A stretch of DNA of 64,000 nucleotides from Candidatus Saccharimonadales bacterium (GTDB lineage Bacteria; Patescibacteriota; Saccharimonadia; Saccharimonadales; JBBQAJ01): assembly GCA_038206875.1 (NCBI GenBank), contig JBBRAK010000001.1, forward strand, positions 67,925-131,924, given 5' to 3'. The notes beneath the pieces were generated by a model. That model was not told the origin of the DNA. It was given only the letters and a program-made list of their open reading frames with translations, and ran no database searches. Within the stretch, counting starts at the first letter, position 1; every line of letters starts with the position of its first letter. Made by a program: the position numbers and the translations under genes. Below, in pieces: positions 1 through 10,458 of the stretch.

Positions 1-1185
1 GAACTACTCGCCAAACTGGAAACATTGCGGGCCGAGCGAAATCAAATTTCAGATGCTTTAAAAGCCGGTAATCCGTCTGAGGAACAGATTAACAAGGGCA
101 AAAGCATAAAAGAGCAGGTAGTCGAAACTGAAGTGCTCTTAGGGCCGATATCTGATGCATTTTTAAGCTTATTAAAAAAGGTTCCAAATATTTACATGGA
201 TGGAGTCCCGGTAGGCAAAAGTGAAGATGAGAATGTTGTCGTTCGTGTAGAAGGCGAGCCACACAATTTTGATTACGAAATAAAACCGCACTGGGAGCTT
301 TTGAAAGCTAGCGACATGATGGATAAAGAACGCGCAGTAAAAATTTCTGGAAGTAGATTTGTTTATCTCAAGGGCGAATTAGTAAGAATGCAATTTGCTT
401 TGATTCAATTCGTAATGGATGTTCTGACAAATCAAGAAATACTGAGTAAAATAATAAAAGATAATGGTTTAGATATCAGCTCGAAGCCTTTTGTGCCAGT
501 TTTGCCACCAGCGTTGCTTAGAACGGAGCCCTATATTGCGTCTGCAAGACTAGATGCAGAGGAGGTTACCTATAGACTTGCTGACGATGATTTATGGTTG
601 AACGCAAGTGCTGAGCATACTCTTTGTACAATGTATATGGATGAAGTACTACCAGAGGACCAACTACCTATTCGATATATCGGATATAGTACTAGCTTTA
701 GAAGAGAAGCGGGCACATATGGGAAAGATACAGAAGGAATAATTCGTTTACATCAGTTCGACAAGCTAGAAATGGAAGTTTTTAGCACGCGCGAGACTGG
801 GCCGGATGAACACAAATTTTTGGTTGCGATTCAAGAATACCTTTTAAAGCAATTGAAAATTTCATACCAATACATTCAAAAATGTACCGCAGACATTGGC
901 AAACCAAACGCAACAGGGATAGATTTAAATTGTTGGTTCCCTGGCCAAAACAAATACATAGAAACTCACACAGCTGACTATATGACTGACTACCAAGCAA
1001 GGGACATGGCAACGAAAGTAAAACGCAAAGATGGAAAAATGGAACTAGTTCACACAAACGATGGTACAGCTTTTGCTATGAGCAGAATTCTGGCAGCAAT
1101 TGTAGAAAATTATCAAGACAAAGACGGTTCTATTTGGGTGCCAGAAGTGTTAAAACAATACATGGGGGGCAGGGACAAAATATGA
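1..1185 (+). CDS. serS: Seryl-tRNA synthetase (5' end outside window)
   Basis: Frame open from base 1; class II motifs FRREAGTYGKDTEGIIRLHQFDKLE and VHTNDGTAFAMSRILAAIVENYQ. Confidence 0.97.
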   Translation, partial: ELLAKLETLRAERNQISDALKAGNPSEEQINKGKSIKEQVVETEVLLGPISDAFLSLLKKVPNIYMDGVPVGKSEDENVVVRVEGEPHNFDYEIKPHWELLKASDMMDKERAVKISGSRFVYLKGELVRMQFALIQFVMDVLTNQEILSKIIKDNGLDISSKPFVPVLPPALLRTEPYIASARLDAEEVTYRLADDDLWLNASAEHTLCTMYMDEVLPEDQLPIRYIGYSTSFRREAGTYGKDTEGIIRLHQFDKLEMEVFSTRETGPDEHKFLVAIQEYLLKQLKISYQYIQKCTADIGKPNATGIDLNCWFPGQNKYIETHTADYMTDYQARDMATKVKRKDGKMELVHTNDGTAFAMSRILAAIVENYQDKDGSIWVPEVLKQYMGGRDKI

Positions 1186-1199
1186 AAGCAGACATCAAG

Positions 1200-1328
1200 T
1201 TAGAATTTACTTCCTATTCCGAGCATTTTAGAGTGGACACAAAATCAATTTTACTCGACAATAGATTTCCTCTCAAAACTAATTTTTCACACACGCTAAA
1301 AAGCTCTCATAACGAAAGGAAATTCTAA
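1200..1328 (+). other. Rod-like intergenic hairpin covering the RBS of hpf
   Basis: TTAGAATTT(1200)/AAATTCTAA(1320), GAGC/GCTC and TTTTAG/CTAAAA inverted pairs. Confidence 0.5.
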
Positions 1329-1329
1329 A

Positions 1330-1698
1330 ATGATCTCCAAGCTTGAAATAAATGGTGTTCACTATGAGGTTACGCCAAAACTCAAAACGTACATTCGTAA
1401 AAAACTAGGGAAAATAGACAAATACATACTCAGGCATGCCCGCGAGTCTGCCCATATGGAAGTTTTTCTAAAAGAAATCAAAATAAAAACTAAAAAAGTA
1501 TGTGAATGCGAAGTTGTGCTTCGTTTGCCAAAAGAGACACTTACTGTAAAAGAATCAACTATAAATATGTTTGCGGCAGTCGATATTGTAGAAGCCAAAC
1601 TAAAGATACAAGTAAAAAAATATAAATCTAAACATGGTAGTCCGCAGTTGCACCATAGGCTAATTGGGAAACTAAGACGCAGGAAGCACCAGGTTTAA
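1330..1698 (+). CDS. raiA: Ribosome hibernation promoting factor (RaiA/HPF, short form)
   Basis: EINGVHYEVTPKLKTYIRKKLGKI...NMFAAVDIVEAKLKIQVKKYK; canonical position upstream of secA. Confidence 0.9.
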   Translation: MISKLEINGVHYEVTPKLKTYIRKKLGKIDKYILRHARESAHMEVFLKEIKIKTKKVCECEVVLRLPKETLTVKESTINMFAAVDIVEAKLKIQVKKYKSKHGSPQLHHRLIGKLRRRKHQV

Positions 1699-1797
1699 GT
1701 ATATTGTTGGGAAAATTACCTGGATTTATCTACCCCTGATAGGTTACAATAACTAACATTGCCGAAAGACCATTTATCAGAGGAGTTTTAGTTAGAT

Positions 1798-4395
1798 ATG
1801 AATAAAATGTTCAAAAAAGTTCTTGGTGACCCACAGGTCAAAACTTTGCGTCGAATGCGCAGAAGAGTTAAAGATGTAAATGCTCTAGAGCCAAAGTACA
1901 AAAAGCTAACGGACAAGCAGTTAAAAGAGCAAACCAAGATACTGAAAAACCGCCTAGAAAAAGACTCAATAGACAAAATCTTGCCAGATGCATTCGCGGT
2001 CGTTCGGGAAGGGGCACGTCGAACACTGGGTCAGAGACATTTTGACGTTCAGTTGATTGGTGGGATGGTACTTCACGAAGGCAAAGTTGCGGAAATGAAA
2101 ACCGGAGAGGGTAAAACCCTTGTTGCTACTCTCGCAGTGTACCTAAATGGACTTACTGGAAAAGGTGTTCATGTAGTGACAGTAAATGATTATTTGGCTA
2201 GGCGTGATGCTGGATGGATGGGTGAGGTATATGACTTTTTGGGACTCTCCACAGGGGTTATTATTGCTGATGAATCGTATATATATGATGCAAATTTTGA
2301 AGACAAAAGCCATGACGACAAACGACTTTGGCACATGAAACCATGCACCAGGCAGGAAGCATATAATGCGGATATCACGTATGGTACGAACAATGAATTT
2401 GGGTTTGATTATCTGCGCGACAATATGGTTCGCGAAACCGATCAACTACGTCAAAGAGAACTACACCATGCAATTGTTGACGAAGTAGACTCTATATTGA
2501 TAGATGAAGCTCGGACTCCGCTTATCATATCTGCTCCTAGCGTGACTAGTGGTACTGCCTACGCCCAGTTTGCCAAAGTTACTCGTCAACTTAAAAAAGA
2601 CGAAGATTACGAAACAGATGAAAAACGTAAATCGGTTGTTCTGACCAATGAAGGCGTTGAGCATGTAGAGAAAATTTTGGGTATAACAAATTTATACGGC
2701 ACGGATAACATTCGCACCATTTATCACCTAGAGCAAGCACTAAAAGCTCAAGCTATGTTTAACCGAGACAAAGACTACGTAGTAACTCAGGACGGCGAAG
2801 TAGTTATTGTAGATGATTTTACGGGACGACTTTTGAAAGGTCGTCGATATAACGAAGGTCTTCACCAAGCAATCGAAGCAAAAGAGGGCGTAGAAGTACA
2901 AGAAGAATCCATGACGCTTGCTACGATTTCGTTTCAAAACTATTTTCGTTTGTACGACAAACTGTCTGGTATGACGGGTACTGCCGAAACCGAAAGTGAA
3001 GAATTTCACCAAGTGTATAAACTTGAAGTTGTACAGGTTCCCTCAAATAAACAGTTGGTTCGTGATGACCGTACAGATCGTATATATCGTACTGAAGCGG
3101 GCAAGTTCAAGGCAATTGTAAGAGAAATTGCAGCTTTGCATCATAAAGGACAGCCAGTTTTGCTGGGAACCGTATCAATAGAAAAGAATGAAATCTTAAG
3201 TGGACTACTGAAAAAAGCGAAAATCCCACATCAGATGTTAAACGCAAAAAATAACGAACGGGAAGCCAGCATTGTTTCTAAGGCAGGCCAAAAAGGTGCC
3301 GTGACTTTGGCAACCAACATTGCTGGTCGAGGAACAGATATTGTTTTGGATGAAGACGTAAAAGAACTTGGCGGATTGTTTGTACTTGGGAGTGAAAGAC
3401 ATGAATCTCGGAGAATTGACAACCAGTTGAGGGGACGTGCCGGTAGGCAGGGAGACCCAGGTGTGACTCAGTTTTTTGTAAGCACCGAAGACGATTTGAT
3501 GAGAATTTTTGGCGGAGAACGTATAGGTTCTATCATGGATCGCCTGGGGGTAGATGACGAAACACCTATTGAGAACAGAGTTATTAGCAAGAGTTTAGAA
3601 GGCGCACAAAAGAAAGTTGAAGGATTCAATTTTGATACACGAAAAAACGTCGTACAGTATGACGACGTCATGAACAGACACCGAAAAGCAACATATACTA
3701 TGCGACGCGAAATTCTTATGCAGGCTGATATCAAAAAACGAATTTTGGCGTTTTTGGAAGACGAGGCTAGAACTTTAGCCGAAAGTCCACTTTTGCTTTC
3801 TGATAAATATGAATCAATCGTAAAAGAAAGTTTTCCATTTGATGACGAAACGCTTGATAAGCTGTTTGATTCAGAATCATCGCAGTTTGGAAAAGTATTA
3901 AAATCTAAAGTCCATGAAATTTATGAAGCAAGAGAAAGTGCATTTTCGCCAGATATCATGCGAAAAGTTGAGCGTGATATATATTTGCAAATTTTGGACA
4001 ATTTATGGATGCAACACCTAGAAAACATGGATCATATGAGGGAAGGTATTCACTGGATAAGTGTTGGTCAAAGAGATCCTCTGGTCGAATATCGCAGGCA
4101 AGGACAACATATGTTTGAAGAAATGCAAAAAACACTACGTCACGAAGTGGTGCAAGCAATGTTTAGTGCTGAGCCAGTAGATGCCGAAAGGGCGGTTGAG
4201 ACTGAACTAACTCGCGCAGCTCGGCATTCTGTAGATAATGCAGATAAAATACTCGAAGCGGACGAATTTGAAGAAACAGATTTTGTGCCACTCAAAAATG
4301 CCGTAGCCGCCAAGAAACAGAGTAAAGACAAAATCAAAAAAGCTCGCAAACAAGAACGCCAACGCAAAAACAAAGCAAAACGGAAAAAGAACTAA
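1798..4395 (+). CDS. secA: Preprotein translocase ATPase SecA
   Basis: AEMKTGEGKT, DEVDSILIDEARTPLIIS, ATNIAGRGTDI, RRIDNQLRGRAGRQGDPG; no C-terminal Zn-binding motif. Confidence 0.99.
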   Translation: MNKMFKKVLGDPQVKTLRRMRRRVKDVNALEPKYKKLTDKQLKEQTKILKNRLEKDSIDKILPDAFAVVREGARRTLGQRHFDVQLIGGMVLHEGKVAEMKTGEGKTLVATLAVYLNGLTGKGVHVVTVNDYLARRDAGWMGEVYDFLGLSTGVIIADESYIYDANFEDKSHDDKRLWHMKPCTRQEAYNADITYGTNNEFGFDYLRDNMVRETDQLRQRELHHAIVDEVDSILIDEARTPLIISAPSVTSGTAYAQFAKVTRQLKKDEDYETDEKRKSVVLTNEGVEHVEKILGITNLYGTDNIRTIYHLEQALKAQAMFNRDKDYVVTQDGEVVIVDDFTGRLLKGRRYNEGLHQAIEAKEGVEVQEESMTLATISFQNYFRLYDKLSGMTGTAETESEEFHQVYKLEVVQVPSNKQLVRDDRTDRIYRTEAGKFKAIVREIAALHHKGQPVLLGTVSIEKNEILSGLLKKAKIPHQMLNAKNNEREASIVSKAGQKGAVTLATNIAGRGTDIVLDEDVKELGGLFVLGSERHESRRIDNQLRGRAGRQGDPGVTQFFVSTEDDLMRIFGGERIGSIMDRLGVDDETPIENRVISKSLEGAQKKVEGFNFDTRKNVVQYDDVMNRHRKATYTMRREILMQADIKKRILAFLEDEARTLAESPLLLSDKYESIVKESFPFDDETLDKLFDSESSQFGKVLKSKVHEIYEARESAFSPDIMRKVERDIYLQILDNLWMQHLENMDHMREGIHWISVGQRDPLVEYRRQGQHMFEEMQKTLRHEVVQAMFSAEPVDAERAVETELTRAARHSVDNADKILEADEFEETDFVPLKNAVAAKKQSKDKIKKARKQERQRKNKAKRKKN

Positions 4396-4414
4396 ATATG
4401 TTTTTTGACTTATC

Positions 4415-4529
4415 ATTTACCAGTTCACATTTTCCAATTATTTATCATTTAACAATTGCCAAACAAAACCGCAACGAAAAATTCGAAATGGTAACTAATT
4501 CGGCTAATGATAAATGTAAATTGGTAAAT
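4415..4529 (+). other. Rod-like intergenic hairpin
   Basis: ATTTACCAGTT(4415)/AATTGGTAAAT(to 4529); ATTTATCATT(4440)/AATGATAAAT(4506); TTGCCA/TGGTAA. Confidence 0.55.
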
Positions 4530-4534
4530 TTCTA

Positions 4535-5824
4535 GTGCGTCACACGGCTAGCGAAGTTATACTGAAAAACGGTTCTAAAGGACTATTTATTCACGTGCCA
4601 GGCGCAACAGTTATGAGTTTAGAGATTAATTTTCGGGCTGGAGATTTTTTGTGTCCAGCTGATAAATGGGAAACGGCACATTTGATGGAACATCTACTGC
4701 TCGGGGCTAACGAACAGATTCCGCGGTCTAGAGCATTTCAGGCAGAATTTGAAAAAAACGGTGCATATTGCAACGCCAGCACTGGCAGTTACGATATAAC
4801 ATACGAAGCAGAATGTGCGGATTTTGAATGGCAGCGAATATCCAATCTACTGTTGGTTGCAATTAGCAAACCATTGTTTTTAGATGATGAATTCAAAGCT
4901 GAATATGGAAACGTTAGAGAAGAAATGATGGGGCGCTCGAATAATCATTTTCGACACCTTAGTTTGGCGCTTAGGCAACAGTATGGCTACAAAGTATTGA
5001 CCGACCAAGAGCGTGTAAAACAAATGAAAAACGTCACGGTAGAGGATATTCGGGCACATTATGTCAAAACGCATTTTACTAGAAATATGCGGTTTGTTGT
5101 GGCGGGTAAATTGACCGCAGTTCGTCAGCAAGCAATCACAGAGTTGCTGGAAAACATCGCTTTGCCAACGGGTCGAGCCAGAATTTCGCTTCCCACAGAA
5201 CACCCCAAAGGTCTCAAGGAGCCACTATATATTGCAAATAGAACGGTTGAGAATATGCATTTCTACCTAGATACATTTATGAGCAGACGATTGAGCGAAG
5301 AAGAGGCAGATGCTTTGGGCTTAGTGAACACTATGCTGACAGAGACATTGCACTCCAGAATATTGGGTGAAGCGCGGGAAAAAGGTCTCGTTTACAGTAT
5401 GAGTTCAAATTATCTCCAGACCAAATCTGCCACAAACTGGTGGTTTGGTACGCAAGTAACAGCACAAAATGCACCAGCATTGTTTACAATAATCGCGAAA
5501 GAACTTATTGCGGTTTGCAAAGGCGAAGTTACCCAAGCCGATATATCAGCAGCTCAGCAGTACATGCTAGGAAGATTTCAAAGAAGCGGTCAGACCGTGT
5601 CAGGAACAGCATCAGGTTACAGCGGAAGATATTTTTTCGACGACTTTATAGAAGATTATTATTTGGTGCCAGAGCGAATAAAAGCAATAACAAAAGAACA
5701 AATAGTTGACATAACAAATGAATTTTTCGCCAAACCTCACTGGGGAGCTGGATTTTTGGGGACTGCAAACAAAGAAATGAGAGAGCAGTTAATCAACATA
5801 CTTATGCCTCTTTGGACGAAGTAA
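4535..5824 (+). CDS. M16 family (insulinase/pitrilysin) zinc peptidase
   Basis: Inverted zincin HLMEH motif, NAST, downstream E, and R-E-K-G-L-V-Y motif in C-terminal half. Confidence 0.9.
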   Translation: MRHTASEVILKNGSKGLFIHVPGATVMSLEINFRAGDFLCPADKWETAHLMEHLLLGANEQIPRSRAFQAEFEKNGAYCNASTGSYDITYEAECADFEWQRISNLLLVAISKPLFLDDEFKAEYGNVREEMMGRSNNHFRHLSLALRQQYGYKVLTDQERVKQMKNVTVEDIRAHYVKTHFTRNMRFVVAGKLTAVRQQAITELLENIALPTGRARISLPTEHPKGLKEPLYIANRTVENMHFYLDTFMSRRLSEEEADALGLVNTMLTETLHSRILGEAREKGLVYSMSSNYLQTKSATNWWFGTQVTAQNAPALFTIIAKELIAVCKGEVTQADISAAQQYMLGRFQRSGQTVSGTASGYSGRYFFDDFIEDYYLVPERIKAITKEQIVDITNEFFAKPHWGAGFLGTANKEMREQLINILMPLWTK

Positions 5825-5841
5825 CCTATAATTAGTGTCAT

Positions 5842-6927
5842 ATGGAAAAACTCGCTAAACAGTCAGCCGATTTAGCAGATGCAATAATAAGTGCTATTAG
5901 CAAACTGAAAATTGCCGATTTGGAAAAGTCCTTAGTTGAATTACAGAAAAAAATTGCCGATTCAAAATTTTGGGACAAACAGTCTAATGCTCAAAAAGTC
6001 ATGAAAGAGCAATCAAGTTTGGAAAGTCGCATACAGCCCTGGCGTAAACTAGAAAAATCAGTCACAGAAATTCAAGAATTATTGGATATAGGGGATTCTT
6101 CTATTGAGAAAGAGCTGACCGCTCAACTCGCATCTGCACAAAAAAACTTTGACCAAATGAAATCTCAGTTACTTTTCAATGGAAAATATGACTCAAAAGC
6201 TGTGATTTTGAGCATATATGCCGGTGCAGGTGGTACAGACGCGCAGGATTGGGCACAGATGCTTCTTAGAATGTACACACGTTGGGCAGAGGCAGAGAAA
6301 TATTCAGTTGTTACTATTGACCAATCAGATGGTGATGAAGCAGGGATAAAAAGCATCACACTAGAAATTGATGGTAATTTTGCTTTTGGAAGACTTCAAG
6401 GCGAACATGGCGTGCACCGGCTGGTACGGTTGAGCCCGTTTAACAGTGACAATTTGCGACAAACTAGTTTTGCCAAAGTTGAAATTATTCCAAAAATTGA
6501 TAGCCCAGAAGAAGTAGAAATAGATGAAAAAGATTTGAAAATAGATGTATATAGAAGTGGGGGAAAGGGAGGGCAGTCGGTAAACACAACGGATTCTGCA
6601 GTTAGGGTGACCCATATTCCAACGGGGATAGTTGTAGCAATTCAAAACGAACGTTCACAGTTACAAAACAAAGAAACGGCGATGACCATACTGCGCTCAA
6701 GACTTGCACAGTTGCAGATAGAGCAACATGCTGAAAGTTTGCGTGAGTTAAAGGGCCCCAACGAACAAGCAGCGTGGGGTAACCAAATTCGAAGCTACGT
6801 TCTGCACCCATATAAACAAGTAAAAGATCTTAGAACACTGTTCATATCTACTGATACAGACGCTGTTTTGGGTGGAGAAATAAATGATTTTATTACTGCT
6901 TACCTTGAATATAAATTTGGGCAATAG
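5842..6927 (+). CDS. prfB: Peptide chain release factor 2 (continuous ORF)
   Basis: SPF anticodon-mimic (LSPFN), GGQ motif, AGAGGTDAQDWA. Confidence 0.97.
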   Translation: MEKLAKQSADLADAIISAISKLKIADLEKSLVELQKKIADSKFWDKQSNAQKVMKEQSSLESRIQPWRKLEKSVTEIQELLDIGDSSIEKELTAQLASAQKNFDQMKSQLLFNGKYDSKAVILSIYAGAGGTDAQDWAQMLLRMYTRWAEAEKYSVVTIDQSDGDEAGIKSITLEIDGNFAFGRLQGEHGVHRLVRLSPFNSDNLRQTSFAKVEIIPKIDSPEEVEIDEKDLKIDVYRSGGKGGQSVNTTDSAVRVTHIPTGIVVAIQNERSQLQNKETAMTILRSRLAQLQIEQHAESLRELKGPNEQAAWGNQIRSYVLHPYKQVKDLRTLFISTDTDAVLGGEINDFITAYLEYKFGQ

Positions 6928-7015
6928 TGTTCCTGCTGTTCGCAGGGTGCTAGCAGTATGACATATGAATCTCACAGCGACATGCCAAGACATCACTTTA
7001 AATATTGTTTGTAGT

Positions 7016-7044
7016 TTGACAAGCCATAAACGGGTTGATAACAT
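7016..7044 (+). promoter_or_regulatory. sigma70-type promoter TTGACA-17-TAACAT
   Basis: Hexamers at 7016-7021 and 7039-7044; AAGGA SD before ATG 7082. Confidence 0.6.
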
Positions 7045-7081
7045 ATGTTTAGTTAGTAATCTAAGATAAAAAGGAAATTAT

Positions 7082-7327
7082 ATGGACCCACAAACTCCAC
7101 AAACACCTCAAGAACCAGTTAGCGTACCGCCAAGTATGCCAACTGAGCCAGTTGATCCGGCAACACAACCGTCAATGCCAGATCCAACCCCAGCAGAAGA
7201 ACCAACAACTCTGCCTCCTTCGGAACCTGTATCACCAGCTCCTGAAGAGCCAGCCGGTATGCCTCCAGAACAAGGTACTGATGGAGAAGTAGTTACACCT
7301 AGCGATCCAGTCTCTGGCGCACTTTAG
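7082..7327 (+). CDS. Small Pro/Glu-rich intrinsically disordered protein
   Basis: 81 aa, very P/E/T rich, own promoter and SD, downstream hairpin. Confidence 0.7.
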   Translation: MDPQTPQTPQEPVSVPPSMPTEPVDPATQPSMPDPTPAEEPTTLPPSEPVSPAPEEPAGMPPEQGTDGEVVTPSDPVSGAL

Positions 7328-7343
7328 ATTTAACAAACTTTGC

Positions 7344-7383
7344 AAAATGTCCTTTAAGCTTAAGCAGCAAGAAGGACATTTTG
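7344..7383. terminator. Hairpin, possible terminator
   Basis: CAAAATGTCCTT / AAGGACATTTTG inverted repeat. Confidence 0.5.
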
Positions 7384-7399
7384 TTATAATAGGCAGTAA

Positions 7400-8095
7400 A
7401 TGATATTACTTGATAGAGTTACAAAAGTATACAACCGAAACTCAACGGCCTTAGATCGCATATCTCTACATGTTGAAGCCAAAGAGTTTGTGATTATTGT
7501 TGGTGCAAGTGGTGCTGGAAAAAGCACGCTATTGAAACTCCTTACCAGAGAAGAACGACAGAGTAGCGGCAAAATCGTGATTGGTGGGATTGATTATGAC
7601 AAACTTAAAGACAAAAATATCCCACTTCTCAGGCGCAAGATTGGAGTAGTTTTTCAGGACTTCAAACTACTTCAGAACAAAAACGTATTTGAAAACGTTG
7701 CATTTGCATTGGAAATCGTGGGATACGGCAACAACGAAATTAAACACACCGTACCAAGAGTTCTTGAAATTGTAGGACTGAAAGGCAAAGAGAAACGAAT
7801 GCCTCCTGAACTTTCTGGAGGTGAACGCCAAAGAGTGGCTATAGCACGGGCGATTGTCAGACAACCAAAGATACTAATTGCTGACGAACCTACGGGTAAC
7901 CTCGACCCGAAATACGCTTGGGATATAATCAAAATTTTAGAAAAAATTAACAAATACGGCACTACGGTCATCTTGACCACGCACAACCAAGAAATTGTAA
8001 ACAAGCTCAAACGTCGTGTCGTGACAATAAACGACGGTAGAATTGTCAGCGACCGTGCAAATGGAAATTACACCGTTAAAGAGGATTCAAAATAA
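7400..8095 (+). CDS. ftsE: Cell division ABC ATPase FtsE
   Basis: GASGAGKST, LRRKIGVVFQDFKLL, LSGGERQRVAIARA, ADEPTGNLDP. Confidence 0.96.
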   Translation: MILLDRVTKVYNRNSTALDRISLHVEAKEFVIIVGASGAGKSTLLKLLTREERQSSGKIVIGGIDYDKLKDKNIPLLRRKIGVVFQDFKLLQNKNVFENVAFALEIVGYGNNEIKHTVPRVLEIVGLKGKEKRMPPELSGGERQRVAIARAIVRQPKILIADEPTGNLDPKYAWDIIKILEKINKYGTTVILTTHNQEIVNKLKRRVVTINDGRIVSDRANGNYTVKEDSK

Positions 8096-8108
8096 TGAGG
8101 AATCTACA

Positions 8109-9053
8109 GTGAAGCACAAAATAATTACATTTTGGCGAATTATCAAATCCGGTGCACAAAACTTTATAAGAAATGCCACGCTTGCGATTGCTGCTATAGC
8201 AGTTATGGTGATTACTCTCACAATAATATTATTGTCGGTCATAGCAAATGCGACTTTCGGGAATACTATTGCGCAAATTACAGATAGGATAGACATATCA
8301 GTATATCTAAAAGACTCCACAACAAGTGAGCAAAAAGATAAATTACTTAATGACCTGAAGCAAATAAAAAATGTTAAGGACGTTAACTATTTGTCAAAAA
8401 ATGATGTCTTGGATGCATACAAGGAACAAAATCGTGACAACATAGATTTGTTATTGGCAATTTCGCAAACAGACAATCCATTGCCCGCTACAATCAAAAT
8501 AAAGCCTGTTGATCCACTAAAAATACCTGAAATCCAAGACTATTTAGAAAAACCAGAAAATGTTGCTCTTCAGTCTGATAAAACAAGCTATTCTGGTGAT
8601 CGTAAAACAGCATTAGAAAAAATTACAAAAGCCGCAGATTTTATGACCAAGGCGGGCCTTGCGGGGGTAGTGATGTTTGCGCTGGTGTCTATGTTAATTA
8701 TATTTAACACTATCAGGATGGCCATATTTAACCGTCGAGACGAATTGCAAATCATGAGATTACTGGGGGCAACTACTGGGTATATCCGCGGTCCTTTTGT
8801 GGTTGAAACAGTTATGTATGGAATTATTTCGGCGATAATATCGGTCGCGCTCTGTAACACTTTGTTTGTGCTTTCGTCGTCAGCTTTTGATGCTACAAAT
8901 TTGGGGGTTTTGGACATAAAATTTGCTAACGATTATTTTGCCAGGAACTTTTGGTTAATCCTTGCGACTCAGCTTGGAATCGGTATACTTATAGGAGCCG
9001 CTTCTTCCACAATTGCTACCAGGCGGTATCTCAAATTCAAATCAAGTAAATAA
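8109..9053 (+). CDS. ftsX: Cell division permease FtsX
   Basis: GTG start with GAGGA SD; ISVYL, NPLPA, IFNTIRMAIFNRRDELQIMRLLGAT. Confidence 0.95.
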   Translation: MKHKIITFWRIIKSGAQNFIRNATLAIAAIAVMVITLTIILLSVIANATFGNTIAQITDRIDISVYLKDSTTSEQKDKLLNDLKQIKNVKDVNYLSKNDVLDAYKEQNRDNIDLLLAISQTDNPLPATIKIKPVDPLKIPEIQDYLEKPENVALQSDKTSYSGDRKTALEKITKAADFMTKAGLAGVVMFALVSMLIIFNTIRMAIFNRRDELQIMRLLGATTGYIRGPFVVETVMYGIISAIISVALCNTLFVLSSSAFDATNLGVLDIKFANDYFARNFWLILATQLGIGILIGAASSTIATRRYLKFKSSK

Positions 9054-9222
9054 AAATAATAACGACTTAATAAGTATGCTCTAAAAAAGAAGGGTGGGGT
9101 TTTTGGCCTCAAGAAAATTGATTATCAGGAAAATTTTTGTTACTCCCGCAAAGCAGGGATTTGAAGTATTGCATTTTGTCGGGGGTCGTGGTATTATGCT
9201 TACGGTAAAAAACCAAACAAAA

Positions 9223-10359
9223 ATGTTAAACAAAATAAAATCAGTTAAGTCCAATTTTTTGACGCTCGTTGTTGCAGTGCTATTGATTGGTGGGGTTGTT
9301 ATTTCACCAATGGTACGGGCAGATGTATTTGATGAACAGATAAAACAAATCCAAACCGAAAACAAAAATAACAAAGCAAACGTAGCGCAGTTACAGATCC
9401 AGGCAGACTCATATCAGGGCGAAATAAACAGACTACAAAGCCAAATAGATGCCATAAGAACACAGATTCGTGATACAGAAACCAAAAGAGACGATTTGGA
9501 AAAGCAGATTGTGGATGCTCAGTTAGAGCTCGACAAACAAAAAGCGCTTCTTGGAATCAACATAAAAGCAATGTACGTAGAAGGCGACATAAGTACGCTC
9601 GAAATGCTCGCTTCCAGCAAAAACTTAAGTGAATTTTTGGACAAACAGCAATATAGAACAAGTGTTCAGGAAAAGATCAAAACTACTTTAGACAAAATAA
9701 CAGAGCTAAAAGCCCAACTTCGAGAACAGAAAACTCAAGTAGAAAAACTTTTGGTCGACCAACAGACTATGAACAATCAACTTGGTGCAACTCAAGCGCA
9801 ACAGGCGGGTCTACTTGCATATACCCAAGATCAAAAAAACCAATATAGCGCACAGATTAAAGCCAACAACGCAAACATTAATGAACTCCGTAGACAACAG
9901 TTGATTGCGAACGCACGATTTTTGGGTGGTTCACCTGGCTCAGGTCCAGCATGTGGTGGTGGTTACCCTGGAAGTGCGCCTGGTCCTGGCGGTGTATGGG
10001 GCTGTAACTATCCGCTTGACTACAGCATAGACACTTGGGGCATGTACAACCGAGAATGCGTAAGTTACACCGCCTTTAAAGTAGCGGCATCTGGCAGATA
10101 CATGCCATATTGGGGTGGTCATGGTAATGCAAACCAGTGGGATGACAACGCCCGAGCAGCGGGAATTCCAGTAGATGGCAACCCTAGAGAAGGTGATATT
10201 GCACAAACAAACGCTGGCGGACTCGGTCATGTAATGTATGTAGAACATGTGTATGGCGATGGAACCATATATATAAGTCAGTACAATGCCGGCCTAGATG
10301 GTAGATATAGCGAAAAGCGAATTTCAGCATCTGGCCTAAACTTCATCCACTTCCCATAA
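9223..10359 (+). CDS. Secreted coiled-coil + CHAP peptidoglycan hydrolase (PcsB/CwlO-like)
   Basis: Signal peptide, long coiled coil, C-terminal RECVSY...GNANQW...GHVMYVE; follows ftsEX. Confidence 0.9.
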   Translation: MLNKIKSVKSNFLTLVVAVLLIGGVVISPMVRADVFDEQIKQIQTENKNNKANVAQLQIQADSYQGEINRLQSQIDAIRTQIRDTETKRDDLEKQIVDAQLELDKQKALLGINIKAMYVEGDISTLEMLASSKNLSEFLDKQQYRTSVQEKIKTTLDKITELKAQLREQKTQVEKLLVDQQTMNNQLGATQAQQAGLLAYTQDQKNQYSAQIKANNANINELRRQQLIANARFLGGSPGSGPACGGGYPGSAPGPGGVWGCNYPLDYSIDTWGMYNRECVSYTAFKVAASGRYMPYWGGHGNANQWDDNARAAGIPVDGNPREGDIAQTNAGGLGHVMYVEHVYGDGTIYISQYNAGLDGRYSEKRISASGLNFIHFP

Positions 10360-10382
10360 GTATAAATTTCCAAGAAATGCGG

Positions 10383-10411
10383 TTGACTTTGGGAGAGTAA
10401 TGTGATAGACT
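10383..10411 (+). promoter_or_regulatory. sigma70 promoter TTGACT-17-TAGACT
   Basis: Hexamers 10383-10388 and 10406-10411. Confidence 0.6.
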
Positions 10412-10458
10412 AGGGCTACAATACAAAAATATAAATATTGTTAAACAAGGAATAAATC

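Noticed and set aside
1134-1328. 64-aa ORF overlapping the serS end
   Set aside because: No motif; coincides with a hairpin spacer.
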